Source: an uncultured Bacteroidota bacterium
GTDB taxonomy: Bacteria > Bacteroidota > Bacteroidia > AKYH767-A > JABDAW01
Direction: 5' to 3'
Assembly (NCBI GenBank): GCA_903844645.1
Contig: CAIMUP010000013.1
Span: 1,428-65,427, forward strand
Length of the DNA: 64,000 nt
The notes under the pieces are model-generated. The model had not been told where the DNA came from. It saw only the letters and a program-made list of their open reading frames with translations, and ran no database searches. Every line of letters starts with the position of its first letter. The stretch's first letter is position 1. Of the stretch, positions 62,500-64,000 are shown one piece after another. Position numbers and translations under genes: made by a program.

Positions 62500-64000
62500 T
62501 TATTTTAAATTCTTCTTAGCCTGCTCGATAGTAATTTTTTTATCGCCACTAAAAGCGACCACAAAAGCATCTTTGATACCCGCATTCACGACCATATTTC
62601 GTAGCTGAACCGCAGTATCGTAATCCCTTACCGAACCAGCAAAATAATAGGTCAAACCATCAGCATCCTTGGTGTGGGAAATACCTTTGTTGCTTAATTT
62701 TAAGAACAGATCCACCACCTCAAACGGCACCTGCTCGCGGTATGCCCCGAGTTGCACTTTGAAGCTGATCGTAGCCGCATCAATCGTTTCTTCGGTAGCT
62801 TTAAATTCGGGTTGCTTCGGGGGTTGAACAGGCGTAGTGTCTTTAATAATAACAATCGGGTTTGCCTTTACCGGTGCGGGTTCTGGAGTTTTTGTCGGAG
62901 GAATCGGCGTAGTGAATTTCATTGGGATAACGGTCTTTTCCAACTCTCGGGCTTGGTTCAAATTGATTCTGGAACCCTTGTAATATGCAACCACAAAAGC
63001 ATCCGGAACAAGCGTCCTCGCGATGTTGTTTTTAGCTGCATCGGCAGGAGGAAAGTAATTATAAAGCCCCGATAAAAAACGATAATAACCCTTGGCAGTA
63101 ACTTCGGTATTTAATGGTTTTAATGATTCAAGAATACCAGGCGGAGTCGCATTTCCATACACACCAACCTGAACCGTGTAGAACAATCCTTCATTATTTT
63201 TAATGTTAAAAGAAGAGGTGTTGGTAGGCGTGTTGTTGTTTTGAACAGCGGTGTTAGATGCGTTATTCGGGACATCAATAGGGGTTTTGATAGCCGCCAC
63301 CGGGGAGGTTTTTACCGCATTCCTGAAGGTATAAAGATTAATGTCGTTAGCTTCTGGGGCATACTTTTCAGGATAGATATTGTTGGCTTTAAGCACCTTC
63401 GTTTCCTCGACATAAACAAACTGATAGGTTTGCTGTTGAGGCGAAGTGAGGGCATGAATTAGTAAGCCCGCATCGTATATAGAAATCCTTTTTCCATCTC
63501 TGTATGCCACCACAAAAGCATCCCGATAACCCATTGCTCTAATCTCTTTCTTAGCCAAATTAGCACTCTCGAAAGTCTGGAATAAACCCGCAGTATAGCG
63601 CAACCACCCATTAGGTCCGTCCTCATAGGTAACAGGTTGTAAGCCTCTGAAAGCATCTCCCGAAACAGGTGCTCGGAATGCCCCAATCTGTACTTTAAAA
63701 TACAAGCCATCCGGTAATTTTTCGTTATGAGGAATTGGTTTTATTTCATTGTTGACAGTCTTCTCTTTGCTAATGTTAAAGACATATTTATTGGAAGAGG
63801 TATTTGCTTTTTCTTCCTTTAGTTTGTCGTTAATAATTTTTAAAGTATCTTTATTCGGTAAGTCAGATTTGTTGGCAACAACGGTCGTTGTGAGCTTTTC
63901 TTTTAGCATTATTGCCTCCGCTTTTTGATTATCCGATACTCTTGCCAAATCCTTTGCAACAACATAAATACTATCGGCATCATGTTGCTTGATTTCGGCA
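62500..64000 (-). CDS. SPOR-like repeat protein (5' end probably outside the window)
   Basis: It has four repeats of the pattern F.VQ(I/V/L)GA(F/Y)...........Y(R/Y).......A......(V/I)..G..DAFVVA(Y/F). My hand translation shows the frame stays open to position 64000. Confidence 0.65.
   Translation of the reverse strand, partial: AEIKQHDADSIYVVAKDLARVSDNQKAEAIMLKEKLTTTVVANKSDLPNKDTLKIINDKLKEEKANTSSNKYVFNISKEKTVNNEIKPIPHNEKLPDGLYFKVQIGAFRAPVSGDAFRGLQPVTYEDGPNGWLRYTAGLFQTFESANLAKKEIRAMGYRDAFVVAYRDGKRISIYDAGLLIHALTSPQQQTYQFVYVEETKVLKANNIYPEKYAPEANDINLYTFRNAVKTSPVAAIKTPIDVPNNASNTAVQNNNTPTNTSSFNIKNNEGLFYTVQVGVYGNATPPGILESLKPLNTEVTAKGYYRFLSGLYNYFPPADAAKNNIARTLVPDAFVVAYYKGSRINLNQARELEKTVIPMKFTTPIPPTKTPEPAPVKANPIVIIKDTTPVQPPKQPEFKATEETIDAATISFKVQLGAYREQVPFEVVDLFLKLSNKGISHTKDADGLTYYFAGSVRDYDTAVQLRNMVVNAGIKDAFVVAFSGDKKITIEQAKKNLK

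Overview
This 64-kb chromosomal segment looks Bacteroidota-like. That is an inference from T9SS C-terminal sorting domains, a TonB-dependent receptor with a DUF4249-type lipoprotein partner, TAnnTTTG -7 boxes and a PpiC/SurA/MoxR block; no database search was possible. I call about 48 protein genes. The housekeeping set is trxB, acpH, efp, gyrA, ffh, ribBA, a fused 2-oxoacid dehydrogenase E1, DPP IV, SurA/PpiC and MoxR. The rest are envelope and secretion genes, a small UPF0175/DUF3368 toxin-antitoxin pair, a YhcG-type nuclease and a dgkA / alpha-oxoamine synthase / GNAT / SDR lipid-type cluster. I saw no rRNA, tRNA, CRISPR array, transposase or integrase. The main signal is non-genic. By hand indexing, 14 of the 17 intergenic gaps longer than 150 bp carry a tandem array with a period of exactly 21 bp, or 42 bp (2 x 21). 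Each array has a different unit sequence, and together they cover about 3.2 kb, roughly 5% of the window. Four arrays sit 104-162 bp upstream of monocistronic orphan genes (211-311 aa) that may be distant paralogs. Two arrays fill gaps inside operon-like gene pairs. One runs out of the 3' end of a coding sequence and stays in frame with the next gene. Two are 42-bp units built from palindromes. One locus is a 313-bp nested palindrome built on the same lattice. I do not recognise this as a described repeat family, but I could not search. Other observations are abrupt GC mosaicism inside two T9SS cargo genes, an (AC)14 microsatellite and a 1.1-kb gene-free region dense in repeats. All coordinates and spacings were hand-indexed, and the functions of the orphan genes and arrays are inference only.
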